A stretch of DNA of 64,000 bases from positions 2,044 to 66,043 of IMG/VR virus record IMGVR_UViG_3300045391_002568, one strand, 5' to 3'. Every line of letters starts with the position of its first letter. The first letter of the stretch is position 1. The notes under the pieces were generated by a model. The model was not told where the DNA came from, did no database searches, and worked only from the letters and a program-made list of their open reading frames with translations. Shown piece by piece: positions 27,288-36,683 of this stretch. The position numbers and the translations under genes are program-made. The DNA is from a virus (Duplodnaviria; Caudoviricetes).

Positions 27288-27836
27288 ATGACCGTGAAGA
27301 TTCGATACATCGGCCTGCAGCCGCAGAAGCGCGCCTCGCGGGTTAACGAGAAGTTCACGACCGTCTGGGAACGGCCCGGCGATGTGCAGGAGGTCTCGGA
27401 AGAAGAGGCCCGCGTGCTGCTGCAGCCCATGTACCGGAAAATATGGGAGCGCGTCAGCGATGATCCGCCGCCCCCGCCGCCCCCGGAGCAGAAGCAGGGA
27501 GTCGACGATCAGGGCAGCGCCGGCGCATCCATTCTCGATGCTGACGAAGATCCGCCCGCCGCTGACGACGACGCCGGCGAAGAAAGCGAACCCGAGATCT
27601 CAGCGGAAGATGTGAAGGCGCGGCTGGTGGAGATCCTGACCATCATTCCGAAGCTCAAGCGCTCGGATTTCGATGCCCAGGGGCGACCGAAGCTGGTATC
27701 GCTGAAGTCGCTGCTGGGACGGGATGTGACGCGCCTCGAGCGTGACGCGGCCTGGGATCTGGCGAAGAAGAACTCCGAGACGCCCGCGGCGAAGGATGAA
27801 GAGTCCGCGCCATCGTCAGAGGTTTCGCCGGAGTAA
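27288..27836 (+). CDS. Head-region hypothetical protein
   Basis: GGAGG RBS; C-terminal DFDAQGRPKL..L..LLGRDVTRLERDAAW motif. Confidence 0.7.
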   Translation: MTVKIRYIGLQPQKRASRVNEKFTTVWERPGDVQEVSEEEARVLLQPMYRKIWERVSDDPPPPPPPEQKQGVDDQGSAGASILDADEDPPAADDDAGEESEPEISAEDVKARLVEILTIIPKLKRSDFDAQGRPKLVSLKSLLGRDVTRLERDAAWDLAKKNSETPAAKDEESAPSSEVSPE

Positions 27837-27839
27837 CAC

Positions 27840-28589
27840 TTGGCCAGCATCACCGCCAAGGCCATTGTTGCAGCCGTCCGGGTCACGCTGGTGGACCCGG
27901 ACGGTGTGCGCTGGACCTCCGAGGAACTTCTCGGATGGTTGAACGATGCGCAGCGGGAAATCGCCATCCTGCGGCCGGATTCGTCGGTTTCAGTGGCCGC
28001 TATCCCGCTCACGTCCTTGAGCACGCTGCAGACGCTTCCGGCCTCTTGTCAGCGCCTGGTCAAGATCACGCGCAACATGGGCACCGATGGCCTGACACCC
28101 GGCCTTCCCATCACCCTTGCAGACCATGGCGAGCTCGATCGCTGCAAGCCCGACTGGCATTCGTCGAGCCCGGCCGACTCGATCAGGCACTACACCTACG
28201 ACGGGAAGAGCCCAAGGAGTTTCTACGCCTACCCGCGGCCATCTACGCCGCCAGGTACCGGCACGCCGACGCGCAAGGTTGAGGCGCACATGCAGGTGGC
28301 GCCAACGGACGCGACCATGGTCGGGGTGAATGGCGGAACGTCCGATTCCGTGATTTCCGTCGACGACATCTACAGCACGGCCATCCACGATTACATCGTG
28401 CACCGGGCGAAGATGAAGGCTACTGACGCATTTGATGCCGAGGCCTCAGAGGCTTCCTACCAGCGGTTCCTCAATCGCCTTGGTCTGAAGCTGCGCGCTG
28501 ACAAGTCCTCGGATCCGCACGCGCCGAAGTCAAACCCTCCAGCGACCACCACGACTTCACCGGAGGCGCGCGATGGCGGAGCTTTCTGA
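27840..28589 (+). CDS. Head-tail adaptor-like protein (DUF6682-like)
   Basis: RVTLVDPDGVRWTSEELLGWLNDAQREIAILRPD; position. Confidence 0.7.
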   Translation: MASITAKAIVAAVRVTLVDPDGVRWTSEELLGWLNDAQREIAILRPDSSVSVAAIPLTSLSTLQTLPASCQRLVKITRNMGTDGLTPGLPITLADHGELDRCKPDWHSSSPADSIRHYTYDGKSPRSFYAYPRPSTPPGTGTPTRKVEAHMQVAPTDATMVGVNGGTSDSVISVDDIYSTAIHDYIVHRAKMKATDAFDAEASEASYQRFLNRLGLKLRADKSSDPHAPKSNPPATTTTSPEARDGGAF

Positions 28590-29301
28590 CCTCACTGAGG
28601 ACGTTCTCGAGCAGCTGGAGAAATGCTCCGCGCCGCAGGCCGAATCCGCGCTCGAGGACACCGCAATCGACTTTTTGAAGCGGTCGAAGCTGTGGAGCAT
28701 CGACCTTGCGCCCATCAGCATCGTGGCGGGCACGGCGCAGTACGCGCTGCCGAACCCGCAAAGCGGCTCCCCGCTCGCCGACTATGCGCAGATCCTTCAC
28801 ATCAGGTCTGCGACCATCGGCGGAAAGCCCCTCACCCTTACCAGTGAGGAATATCTGGACCTGAACTGGCAGGAGCTGTCGAAGAGCTTCAATTGGCGCT
28901 TCCAGTTCAGCGATCCGCCTGCGAGCAGTGCGGCGGTTGATGACTGGCGCCTTGCCGAGTCCGAACAGCCAGGCCTCGCGTATCAGCTCGACCCCAACCA
29001 CATCACTCTGGTCGGCATTCCGACAGTTGCCGCTGCCGATGCGCTGAAGGTGAAGGTCGTCATCTTCCCGTTGCGCGGTGTGACCGCGATCGAAAACTGG
29101 ATCTTCAACAGCTGGCATCAGGTGCTGGTTGCCGGCGCCATCAATAGATTGAAAATGATGCCCGACAAGCCGTGGAGCGATCGCGCCGGCGCGGCGTTGT
29201 TCCTCGATGATTACGAGACCGGCATCGGGTTGGCCGCTGCAGAGTCCCTGCGCGGCTTCAAGCGCAACGATCAACAGGCCCGCAGGACGAAAGTCTGGTA
29301 G
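28573..29301 (+). CDS. Second adaptor/connector-like virion protein
   Basis: ALEDTAIDF.KRS.LW, LVAGAI.RLKMMPDKPWSD; position. Confidence 0.65.
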   Translation: MAELSDLTEDVLEQLEKCSAPQAESALEDTAIDFLKRSKLWSIDLAPISIVAGTAQYALPNPQSGSPLADYAQILHIRSATIGGKPLTLTSEEYLDLNWQELSKSFNWRFQFSDPPASSAAVDDWRLAESEQPGLAYQLDPNHITLVGIPTVAAADALKVKVVIFPLRGVTAIENWIFNSWHQVLVAGAINRLKMMPDKPWSDRAGAALFLDDYETGIGLAAAESLRGFKRNDQQARRTKVW

Positions 29302-29329
29302 CGACGACATGACGCCAGGAGGGCGCGTG

Positions 29330-29734
29330 ATGGCAGTGATGGACAAGATCTCGAAGTGGAACAACCTTCTGACGCTGGTGACGGCCGCGGCGGCGGTTTT
29401 GGGGCTGCTGATCGGCGGCGCGCGCCTGATACTGGTCCCGTGGTTCGTCACGGCAGCATCCAAAGCGCTGTCCGGAAACATCGACTCGAGAATCGACGGA
29501 AAGACCGCGCCTGTGAAGGCTGGCATAGAGTCCATCCTAAACGACAAGATCACCGAGCTGCAGGGGCAGGTTGATCTGCTGCATGCCCGCCGGCAGCGCG
29601 ACCCCTCGAAATGGACGGATCTCGACGTACTCACGCTCACCCAGGCCGAGCAACGGCTCGCCAACGCGCGCGCCGCGCTGGCAAACTTCTTGTCGGAAGA
29701 GGCGCAGTCAAAGCGCTTCGCCAAGGGAGATTGA
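29330..29734 (+). CDS. Single-TM membrane protein of the lysis region
   Basis: AGGAGG RBS; TM LLTLVTAAAAVLGLLIGGARLILVPWFV followed by coiled coil. Confidence 0.6.
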   Translation: MAVMDKISKWNNLLTLVTAAAAVLGLLIGGARLILVPWFVTAASKALSGNIDSRIDGKTAPVKAGIESILNDKITELQGQVDLLHARRQRDPSKWTDLDVLTLTQAEQRLANARAALANFLSEEAQSKRFAKGD

Positions 29735-30226
29735 GTGGACCTCGAGATCGTTCGCTACGCGTACCTACCGAAGATCGCAACGCTGGGATTCCTGCAAGCC
29801 GCGAATCTCAAGCTCGACACGATCGAGGAAGCGTGGTCGCCGGATCCTGACGGCCCCGGCGGGCAGCGCCGCGAAGCAAATCTCGTCGAGTCCTGCGTTC
29901 CTGACGGCCGCTACCGCCTGATCCCGCACGACGGACCGACGAAAAAGGACGTGTGGGCGCTGGTAAACGAGAAACTCGGCGTGTACGCGCCAGGCACGCG
30001 CCCGGCAGGCCAGGCATGGGGGCGGGACGCCATCCTGATCCATGTGGGGAACACCACGAAGGACATCATGGGGTGCATCGCGGTTGGCCTGCGCGCCGGA
30101 TGGGACGCAAATCAGCCCCATGTGTACGACAGCCAGGCTGCCATCAACATCCTGCGCAACATGCTCGGCCGCGACGAGCACAGCCTGATCATCCGCCCCT
30201 CCCGGGGCACCAACGAGTCCCCGTAG
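29735..30226 (+). CDS. DUF5675 family protein, putative endolysin
   Basis: SCVPDGRY, ILIHVGNT.KD..GCIAVG, DSQAA motifs; flanked by membrane genes. Confidence 0.75.
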   Translation: MDLEIVRYAYLPKIATLGFLQAANLKLDTIEEAWSPDPDGPGGQRREANLVESCVPDGRYRLIPHDGPTKKDVWALVNEKLGVYAPGTRPAGQAWGRDAILIHVGNTTKDIMGCIAVGLRAGWDANQPHVYDSQAAINILRNMLGRDEHSLIIRPSRGTNESP

Positions 30227-30235
30227 GAGATCGCC

Positions 30236-30592
30236 ATGACCGCCGAAGACATCAAGGTCATCCTGAACTATCCCGGCATCCTGTACGTGCTCATGGTCCT
30301 CGGCTCGCTATTGAGCATGGGAATGCAGCTGCGCGACGCGCGCAAGAATGGCGCGACCATCCCTATTGCAGAATATTTCCTTCGGCTCGAAACCGTTCTG
30401 GCCATTGGCGCCAACACCATCGCATTTCTGGCGCTGATCGTTACCGACTCCCTCAACTTCGTCGGCGCAATCAGTATCGGGTACGCACTGAACAACCTAG
30501 CCGACTCCAAGTCGGGCGGTCGCACCGCTGCCATCGTGGACAGCATTCCGGACAGCAATACGCAGGTGCAGAAGCCCGTCCAGCAGGAGTAG
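30236..30592 (+). CDS. Putative holin
   Basis: Multiple hydrophobic segments in 118 aa, next to the putative endolysin. Confidence 0.6.
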   Translation: MTAEDIKVILNYPGILYVLMVLGSLLSMGMQLRDARKNGATIPIAEYFLRLETVLAIGANTIAFLALIVTDSLNFVGAISIGYALNNLADSKSGGRTAAIVDSIPDSNTQVQKPVQQE

Positions 30593-30641
30593 GCTTGCAG
30601 CAGCCGGTTTTTTGATCGACAACCACAAGCCTGGAGGACAC

Positions 30642-31112
30642 ATGAAACGTCTGATGATGATTCCGATGCTGGCGCTGATGGTGGGCATGGCCGCATGCTC
30701 CGGATGCGCTTCCACGAACCCGCTTTCTGCCGCTGATGGTATCGACGAGCGCGGATATGCCGTGATGGGCATGTACAACGCCTTCCAGAAAGAAGTTCTG
30801 AAGGTGGCGCTCGATGAATCCCTGCCCGCGAACGTGCGCCTCGCCGCTGCTGACGCCGACAAGGCTGCGGTGGATGTCATCGGGGAGCTCTCTTCGGCGC
30901 TCGCCCTGTATCAGGAGGTGCAGCTGGCGCTGGCGGTCGGTGATACGCCGCAGGAGGACCTCGCGGCCGTGATTGCGCACCTTACGAGCTGGGTCGAGCA
31001 GGGGCAAAAGGTCGTGACGGGCCTGAAACGCGCCGTCGAGGATGCTGCGCGGCTGAAGAAAAAGACCGCCAGTACCGCGACCCCCTTCCACTTCGCACAC
31101 GGAGCGGCCTAA
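30642..31112 (+). CDS. Lipoprotein (possible spanin component)
   Basis: MKRLMMIPMLALMVGMAAC/SGC lipobox-like; helical body; GGAGG RBS. Confidence 0.65.
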   Translation: MKRLMMIPMLALMVGMAACSGCASTNPLSAADGIDERGYAVMGMYNAFQKEVLKVALDESLPANVRLAAADADKAAVDVIGELSSALALYQEVQLALAVGDTPQEDLAAVIAHLTSWVEQGQKVVTGLKRAVEDAARLKKKTASTATPFHFAHGAA

Positions 31113-31115
31113 GCC

Positions 31116-31439
31116 ATGTCCCTCATCAGCACCATTTCCCTGATCGCGGCCGCTCTGCGCCAGCTGGCCGTCCTCGTTCCGATCTTCGTCCGCGACGAGA
31201 AGGTCGATGACATCAGCAAGCTCCTGAACACGCTGGCCAATCTCGGCGAGCGCGGTGCGGAAGCGGTCGAGTCGGTTCGCGCCGACCTCGAAGCCCTCGT
31301 GGAGAAGCTCAATTCCATGCATGGCGTCAGCGTCGAGGACCGCGAGGCACTGATCGGCGAGATCCGCGAACGCAGCCAGCGCATTCAGGATGCGGTTGCG
31401 CACCTGAGACCCGAAACCGAAGCGGGGCCGTCCGACTGA
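31116..31439 (+). CDS. Helical protein with hydrophobic N-terminus (possible spanin partner)
   Basis: MSLISTISLIAAALRQLAVLVPIFV followed by coiled coil. Confidence 0.55.
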   Translation: MSLISTISLIAAALRQLAVLVPIFVRDEKVDDISKLLNTLANLGERGAEAVESVRADLEALVEKLNSMHGVSVEDREALIGEIRERSQRIQDAVAHLRPETEAGPSD

Positions 31440-31466
31440 TCATCGGGCAGCGACCGTGACGATCAA

Positions 31467-31495
31467 GGCCGCCGGCGCAAGCCTGCGGCCTTTTT
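31467..31495 (+). terminator. Intrinsic terminator
   Basis: GGCCGC-loop-GCGGCC followed by TTTTT. Confidence 0.7.
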
Positions 31496-31540
31496 CATTG
31501 GGGGGTATGATCCCCGCGTCGTCAGCCGCAGGATGGGGCC

Positions 31541-31846
31541 GTGAAGATCAAAATCGACGCCTTTTCTGGCATTCGGCCGCGCGTTTCGCCGCGACTCCTT
31601 GGCAACGAAGAAGCAACCATCGCGGTGAACTGCCGGCTGTACAACGGCAAGCTGGTCGCGTTCCGCGAGCCGGAGCGAGTCGCCGAAGGTGCCATCGGTA
31701 CCGCAATGATGGTTACCCAGGTCGGCGTAGATGTGGTCAGCTATGGCCTCTACCTGCACGTTATGCAGGTTGGTGCTGACGTTGTGAGCCAGGCGCAGCC
31801 GGCGCTGCAGGTCACCCAGGCCGGCGCGGATGTGGTGAGCGCCTGA
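31541..31846 (+). CDS. N-terminal fragment of tail nozzle/stabilisation protein fused to three (T/M)Q(V/A)GxDVVS repeats
   Basis: MKIKIDAFSGIRPRVSPRLL..EEATIAVNC.L.NGKL is the usual start of this nozzle family (recalled); same frame as 32930. Confidence 0.7.
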   Translation: MKIKIDAFSGIRPRVSPRLLGNEEATIAVNCRLYNGKLVAFREPERVAEGAIGTAMMVTQVGVDVVSYGLYLHVMQVGADVVSQAQPALQVTQAGADVVSA

Positions 31847-31885
31847 ATAGATATTGCATAACAATGGCATTACAAGGGCATTCCT

Positions 31886-32926
31886 ATGACCATCAAATAC
31901 GCAGACAGCTTCGGCGCCTACAACGCCATTGCTGATGTCCAGAAGGCTGGATACTCGAGCGCCGGAATCGCTGGCTTCGCGCTTCAGGGGGCCACGAGCC
32001 GCCGCGGTGGCAAGGCCCTGCGCGCCTCCTTTGCGGCAACCCCCGCATTCATTCAGGTTCCCGTTCCTGGAGCTGCAGGCGCAACAGTCGCAGTGATTGT
32101 GGCCGGGCGGATATCGGACATCACCCAGGCTGTCGACACCCCGGGCCTGATGGTGGCGTTTGGCGACGACACGGTGGTCCATGTTGGCGTATCGGTGCTC
32201 ACGGACGGATCGATCCGCGTCTACCGCGGCACGGGCGGCGGCTCCACGGTGCTGGGCACCAGCGCCGCCGGCCTGATCTCTTCGGCAACTTACTTCCACC
32301 TCGAGGTGGAGGTGAAGGTGAACAACGCAACGGGCACAGTGCGCGTATTCCTGAACGGCTCCGCCGTGCCAGTGCTCGATCTGAGTGCGCAGGACACCCA
32401 GAATGGTGGAACTGCCACCATCACGAGGGTCGGAATAGGGTCGGATCGCGTCGGCAGCGTGAACTTCGACTTCTGTGACTTGGTGGTGCGTGATGGCACG
32501 ACGCAGCTCGGCGACGTGCGAGTCGATTACCTGCCGGCCAACGGCACAGGTGACACTAACGACTTCGCCACGAACGGGTCGGCCACCTCGTACCAGAATG
32601 TCGACGAGACGAGCCCGAACGATCTGGACTACAACTACTCGAGCAGCCCCGGCGCCGCCGATCTCTATGCCCTGGAGGACGTGTCGTGGGCGCCGGCCAC
32701 CATCTATGCGGTCGTGGAGAAGGTGCGCGCGAAGAAGTCAGATGCCGGAACCCGTAGTCTCACGCACGCGGCGCGCAGCAACGGGATCAGCTACGCGGGT
32801 TCCATATCGCCCTTGACCACGGACACGAAGTATTACCACAACGTCCGAGAGGTCGACCCCAACACCACGGTGGCGTGGATTGAGTCGGGAGTGAACGGTC
32901 TGCAGGTTGGCGCATCGGTGGTCTAG
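31886..32926 (+). CDS. Beta-sandwich (lectin/LamG-like) putative virion accessory protein within the inserted cassette
   Basis: IKYADSFGAY start, YFHLEVEVKV...GTVRVFLNG, DFCDLVV.D...GDVRVDYL..NG.G; AT-rich upstream spacer. Confidence 0.65.
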   Translation: MTIKYADSFGAYNAIADVQKAGYSSAGIAGFALQGATSRRGGKALRASFAATPAFIQVPVPGAAGATVAVIVAGRISDITQAVDTPGLMVAFGDDTVVHVGVSVLTDGSIRVYRGTGGGSTVLGTSAAGLISSATYFHLEVEVKVNNATGTVRVFLNGSAVPVLDLSAQDTQNGGTATITRVGIGSDRVGSVNFDFCDLVVRDGTTQLGDVRVDYLPANGTGDTNDFATNGSATSYQNVDETSPNDLDYNYSSSPGAADLYALEDVSWAPATIYAVVEKVRAKKSDAGTRSLTHAARSNGISYAGSISPLTTDTKYYHNVREVDPNTTVAWIESGVNGLQVGASVV

Positions 32927-32929
32927 GCC

Positions 32930-35215
32930 ATGGCGCGCACCATCTTTGTCTACACGAGGGATGAGTTCGGAACGCCGATATTCTTCCGATCCTCGAACCG
33001 CGCCCACTTCGTCCGCGGACCGGTTGCCGACAACAGCACCCGCCCCGTCTACTTCACCGGCGGCCCAGCGCCGCGCCCCTCGTACACGATGCTGCCTTTC
33101 TCTCTGGCAGGCGTCGGAGACAGGCCATCGGAGTTCTTTACGCTCGGCCTGCCGCGACCAGATATGTCAGCAACGCCGGTGGACTCCTCGAGCACCGAAA
33201 CGCATACCGTCAGCGTGCGCCCCGCGCTCTACAAGCAGGGCGGCAAGGTCACGTATTCGGCAAAGGCGAATGCTGCGTATACCTGGCCGATCGGCGCGAT
33301 ATCGCCCAATGGCCTCGATGACGTGCTGGTGTACATAAACTTGGGCATCCTGCACCAGCATCAAAGCGGCAGTGAGGCGTTCGATGACGGCGACCCGCTG
33401 TCGATCACCATATCCCTCCTGGTGGACACCGAGGTTGTGGACAGCAGGGTCATCAGCAGCGATCAGAGCTTCGGAGATCAGGCGAGCTCGCGGCTCATGG
33501 CTTTCGCCGGATCCTTGCGGGTTCCTGCCGCGCTGGGCACCAAGAACTATGCCCTGAAATTTGAATCAGCTGGCAGCGGCTTCACGATGTCCGAGATAGA
33601 TCGCTCTATCTACATGCTGGATATCGGCGTGTTCCACGAGAACACCACCATCGAAGTCGACCAGGACATGCGTTTCCTGTCCCCCGGGGACAACGTGCAG
33701 GTTTCCGGCGTGGGGGCGTCTTTTACCTCCCAGTCCACCAATTACGTCAACGGAACCGGTTTCTTCCCCGCCCTTTCCGAGATAGCGGAGTTCATGTCGG
33801 GGTATGCGCTGGGGTCCGGCGGGCGCGCCGCCGAGCAGACCGTCCAGACGATCAACGGCTCCAAGGAGATCATCCGGACCACCGCAAATACGATCGTAGT
33901 GCGTGGCGCGTGGCCGTGGGACGTGTCCAGCGGCGCAGGCGGGACTATCTCCTTCGATGGCCTCGAGGATGTTGGAGACGTGTCCTCGGTGCAGTCGGTG
34001 GGCTATGTGGTGACATTCCTCACCACCATCGGAAACCAGGTGCAGGAAGGACCGCCTTCGGCGATGTCCAGCCTGATTCAGACCCGCCCGGGCCTTCCAG
34101 TGCAGATTGCGGGCCTCCCCACCGGCACCAATGAGGAAGGCAGTTTCCGTTTCAGCGGGAAGCGTCTGTACAGGTCAAACGTCACCACGGACGAGATAGG
34201 GGTCCTGCAGTTCGTTGCCGAGCTGCCGATAGAGCAGACCGAATACGTCGATACGGTCAGGGCCGTGGACCTCGGAGAGCAGCTGCAAACGGACACATGG
34301 ATCATGCCGCCATCGGATCTGCACGGCCTTGTGGCGTGCCACAACGGCATGCTGGCGGGAATATCAGGCAACCAGGTGTGCGTTTCAGTTCCGTTTCAGC
34401 CTCACGCCTGGCCGACTCGAAGCCGCTTCAACATCGGCGATCAGCCCGTGGCCCTGGTTGCCGTGGGAGAGACGATCATCGTGCTCACCAAGGGGCGCCC
34501 ATCGGTGATTTATGGCTTTGAGCCAGAATCGATGCGCGTTGTGCCTGGCGATATGCCATTCCCGTGCGTGAGCGCCGATGGCGCTGTGAGCATCGGTGAT
34601 GCAGCGGTCTATCCGTCAACCATCGGCCTCGTCGCAATACCTGCGCGCGGCGCGCCCATCGTGGTGACAGAGAAGATCATGGAGAAGGAGGAATGGGCGC
34701 TCTACAACCCGAGCACCATCATCGCCGCCGAGCACTATGGCAAGTACCTCGGCTTCTATACCAACGGGGACGAGAAAAAGGCATTCCTGCTTGACCCAAC
34801 CTCCAAGATATCGGCGCTGACCGATCTGGATATCGAAGCCGTTGCCTGCTGCACGGACGAGCTCAACGGGCAGGCAATCTTCATGATCGATGACGATGAC
34901 GAGGAAATCCGGCGCTTCGATCCTGCGACCGGCGACCCAATGCCTCTCGTGTGGCGAAGCAAGGTGTTCAGCTATCAGCGCCCGTGGTGCCCTTCATACG
35001 GCCGCGTTGTCGCAGAGCTCTATCCGGTCAACTACAAGCTATACGCAAACAAGCAGCAACCCGGAAGTGTCTCCGGCGATGGCACGAGCGAGGCGAACAT
35101 GGTCCTGGTGCACGAGCAGACCGTAACATCGAGCCGCCCGTTCGCCCTGCCCGGCAACTATCTGGCCAACGCGTTCTCCATCGAAATTTCGACGCACTTC
35201 GCAGTGGTGGAGTGA
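32930..35215 (+). CDS. Tail nozzle/stabilisation protein, main body
   Basis: TIFVY..FVRGPVAD..RPVYFTGG...TLGLPRP; YVVTF.T..G.QEGPPS; KRLYRS; PPSDLHGLV..HNGMLAG..GNQV.VS.PF.PHAWP; VWRSKVF. Confidence 0.8.
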   Translation: MARTIFVYTRDEFGTPIFFRSSNRAHFVRGPVADNSTRPVYFTGGPAPRPSYTMLPFSLAGVGDRPSEFFTLGLPRPDMSATPVDSSSTETHTVSVRPALYKQGGKVTYSAKANAAYTWPIGAISPNGLDDVLVYINLGILHQHQSGSEAFDDGDPLSITISLLVDTEVVDSRVISSDQSFGDQASSRLMAFAGSLRVPAALGTKNYALKFESAGSGFTMSEIDRSIYMLDIGVFHENTTIEVDQDMRFLSPGDNVQVSGVGASFTSQSTNYVNGTGFFPALSEIAEFMSGYALGSGGRAAEQTVQTINGSKEIIRTTANTIVVRGAWPWDVSSGAGGTISFDGLEDVGDVSSVQSVGYVVTFLTTIGNQVQEGPPSAMSSLIQTRPGLPVQIAGLPTGTNEEGSFRFSGKRLYRSNVTTDEIGVLQFVAELPIEQTEYVDTVRAVDLGEQLQTDTWIMPPSDLHGLVACHNGMLAGISGNQVCVSVPFQPHAWPTRSRFNIGDQPVALVAVGETIIVLTKGRPSVIYGFEPESMRVVPGDMPFPCVSADGAVSIGDAAVYPSTIGLVAIPARGAPIVVTEKIMEKEEWALYNPSTIIAAEHYGKYLGFYTNGDEKKAFLLDPTSKISALTDLDIEAVACCTDELNGQAIFMIDDDDEEIRRFDPATGDPMPLVWRSKVFSYQRPWCPSYGRVVAELYPVNYKLYANKQQPGSVSGDGTSEANMVLVHEQTVTSSRPFALPGNYLANAFSIEISTHFAVVE

Positions 35216-35216
35216 G

Positions 35217-36683
35217 ATGCCTACCCAATACTTTTCAGGCAGAGGCCCGAGCCGGGTTCCTCTCAAGGGACAGATAACCTTTCGCGCGACGGAAGACGGC
35301 GCGTGCCTGGTGAATGATCTTCAGGTGATGCTCAACGGGGCGCCATTCACCTTCGATCCGGAGCTGACGAAACTCAAGTCGAGCAGCGGACAGTGGTATT
35401 CGAGCATCCCGAACGAGGCCACGTTCTCCGTGTCGATGAGCAACTACAACGACACGATAGTCGAGACCATGACTATCGATATCACCGGTTCATTCGGCAT
35501 CACGGGCGGCAACATCGACGACGAGCCTGACTTCCCGGGAGAGATCCTGACCGGAACCTTCTCCTTCGATCGCAAGGAGGACGATGGCAACGGCTCGATA
35601 CTATTCTCGCTCGCCGATCAGGAATACGGCCGCGTGGAGACGGACGGCCGCTATTGGAACTGCACTAAGGATCAGATCCAGATATCGATGACCGCGGCGA
35701 ACCTCGGGGATCTGCCGCTGACATTCTTCAGTCGCAGCACCGACTCAAACAGGTTCCTGACGAAGGTCGGGCTCGATTATGACGGAGGCCTATACGACGA
35801 CATCCATTTCACTCCGGCGCCAACCATTCCCCCGTATCCGACCGGGGTCCTTCTGGATGGATGGCGTGCGCGCGATGCCACGGCCGGAAGCCTCACGCTG
35901 CATGGCATAGAGTCGTCGATGCGGATCAACTCCCTGAAGGTGGTGACCGCATTCCTCGGTGGAGCCGAGTACAACCCCTATGTCGAGGTGACCGTAGGCG
36001 GTGTGACTTACGAGCTAAACGCGTCCGTCGATTCAGCGCCGGAGAACAAGGTCGGGACGTGGACACTTCCGCCAGTGGTGGACGGGAAGATCGTCATCGA
36101 CTGGGTGCCATCGTTCCCAGGGAACTCTCAGTTCTGCTTCATGGCGCTCGATCTTTCGTACACGATCATCGGGCCGTACCTTGTTTCTGTGAATGACTCG
36201 CTTCCGATCGGCAAGGGGAGTTCGGGGGTTCCTTTCCAGGGCAGAAACCTCAAGACAATGACCAGTGCCACCATAGATGGGGTCGCCCAAAGCCTCACCA
36301 ATGTGGGCCATTGGGATGTGCGCTTCACGCTGAATCGCGCCACGCTTAACTATGGTCCGCACACCATGCAGGTAAGCGATGGGAGCACTGGCAGCTCTGC
36401 CGAGGCGATCCTTGCTCCGCAGGATGGGTGGCTGCACACCACCATCGGCGCTGCGCTATTCGCAGATATTGGCCTGAGAGTCTCGGCAACGCCGGAGCTC
36501 GAGGAGGACGATCAGGTTGCCTACTCCACCGAGGATGACAAGTTGCTGGTCAATCCGGATGGCAGCTTCGTGTACTACGGCGCGATGCCCGCGGATATTC
36601 CGGCAGAGGTGTGGAGCGATGGGGACTGGACCGAGGGGGAGATTCTTCTCGGCGCCGGCAGTGGAAACGAGGATCTGACATGA
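35217..36683 (+). CDS. Putative virion structural protein (beta-rich)
   Basis: ORF track; T/S/G/D-rich composition in the tail module. Confidence 0.6.
   Translation: MPTQYFSGRGPSRVPLKGQITFRATEDGACLVNDLQVMLNGAPFTFDPELTKLKSSSGQWYSSIPNEATFSVSMSNYNDTIVETMTIDITGSFGITGGNIDDEPDFPGEILTGTFSFDRKEDDGNGSILFSLADQEYGRVETDGRYWNCTKDQIQISMTAANLGDLPLTFFSRSTDSNRFLTKVGLDYDGGLYDDIHFTPAPTIPPYPTGVLLDGWRARDATAGSLTLHGIESSMRINSLKVVTAFLGGAEYNPYVEVTVGGVTYELNASVDSAPENKVGTWTLPPVVDGKIVIDWVPSFPGNSQFCFMALDLSYTIIGPYLVSVNDSLPIGKGSSGVPFQGRNLKTMTSATIDGVAQSLTNVGHWDVRFTLNRATLNYGPHTMQVSDGSTGSSAEAILAPQDGWLHTTIGAALFADIGLRVSATPELEEDDQVAYSTEDDKLLVNPDGSFVYYGAMPADIPAEVWSDGDWTEGEILLGAGSGNEDLT

Noticed and set aside
31691-32931. Group I/II intron, intein or IS as the nature of the insert
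   Set aside because: No GUGYG/AY ends, RT, homing endonuclease, intein termini, transposase or terminal inverted repeats
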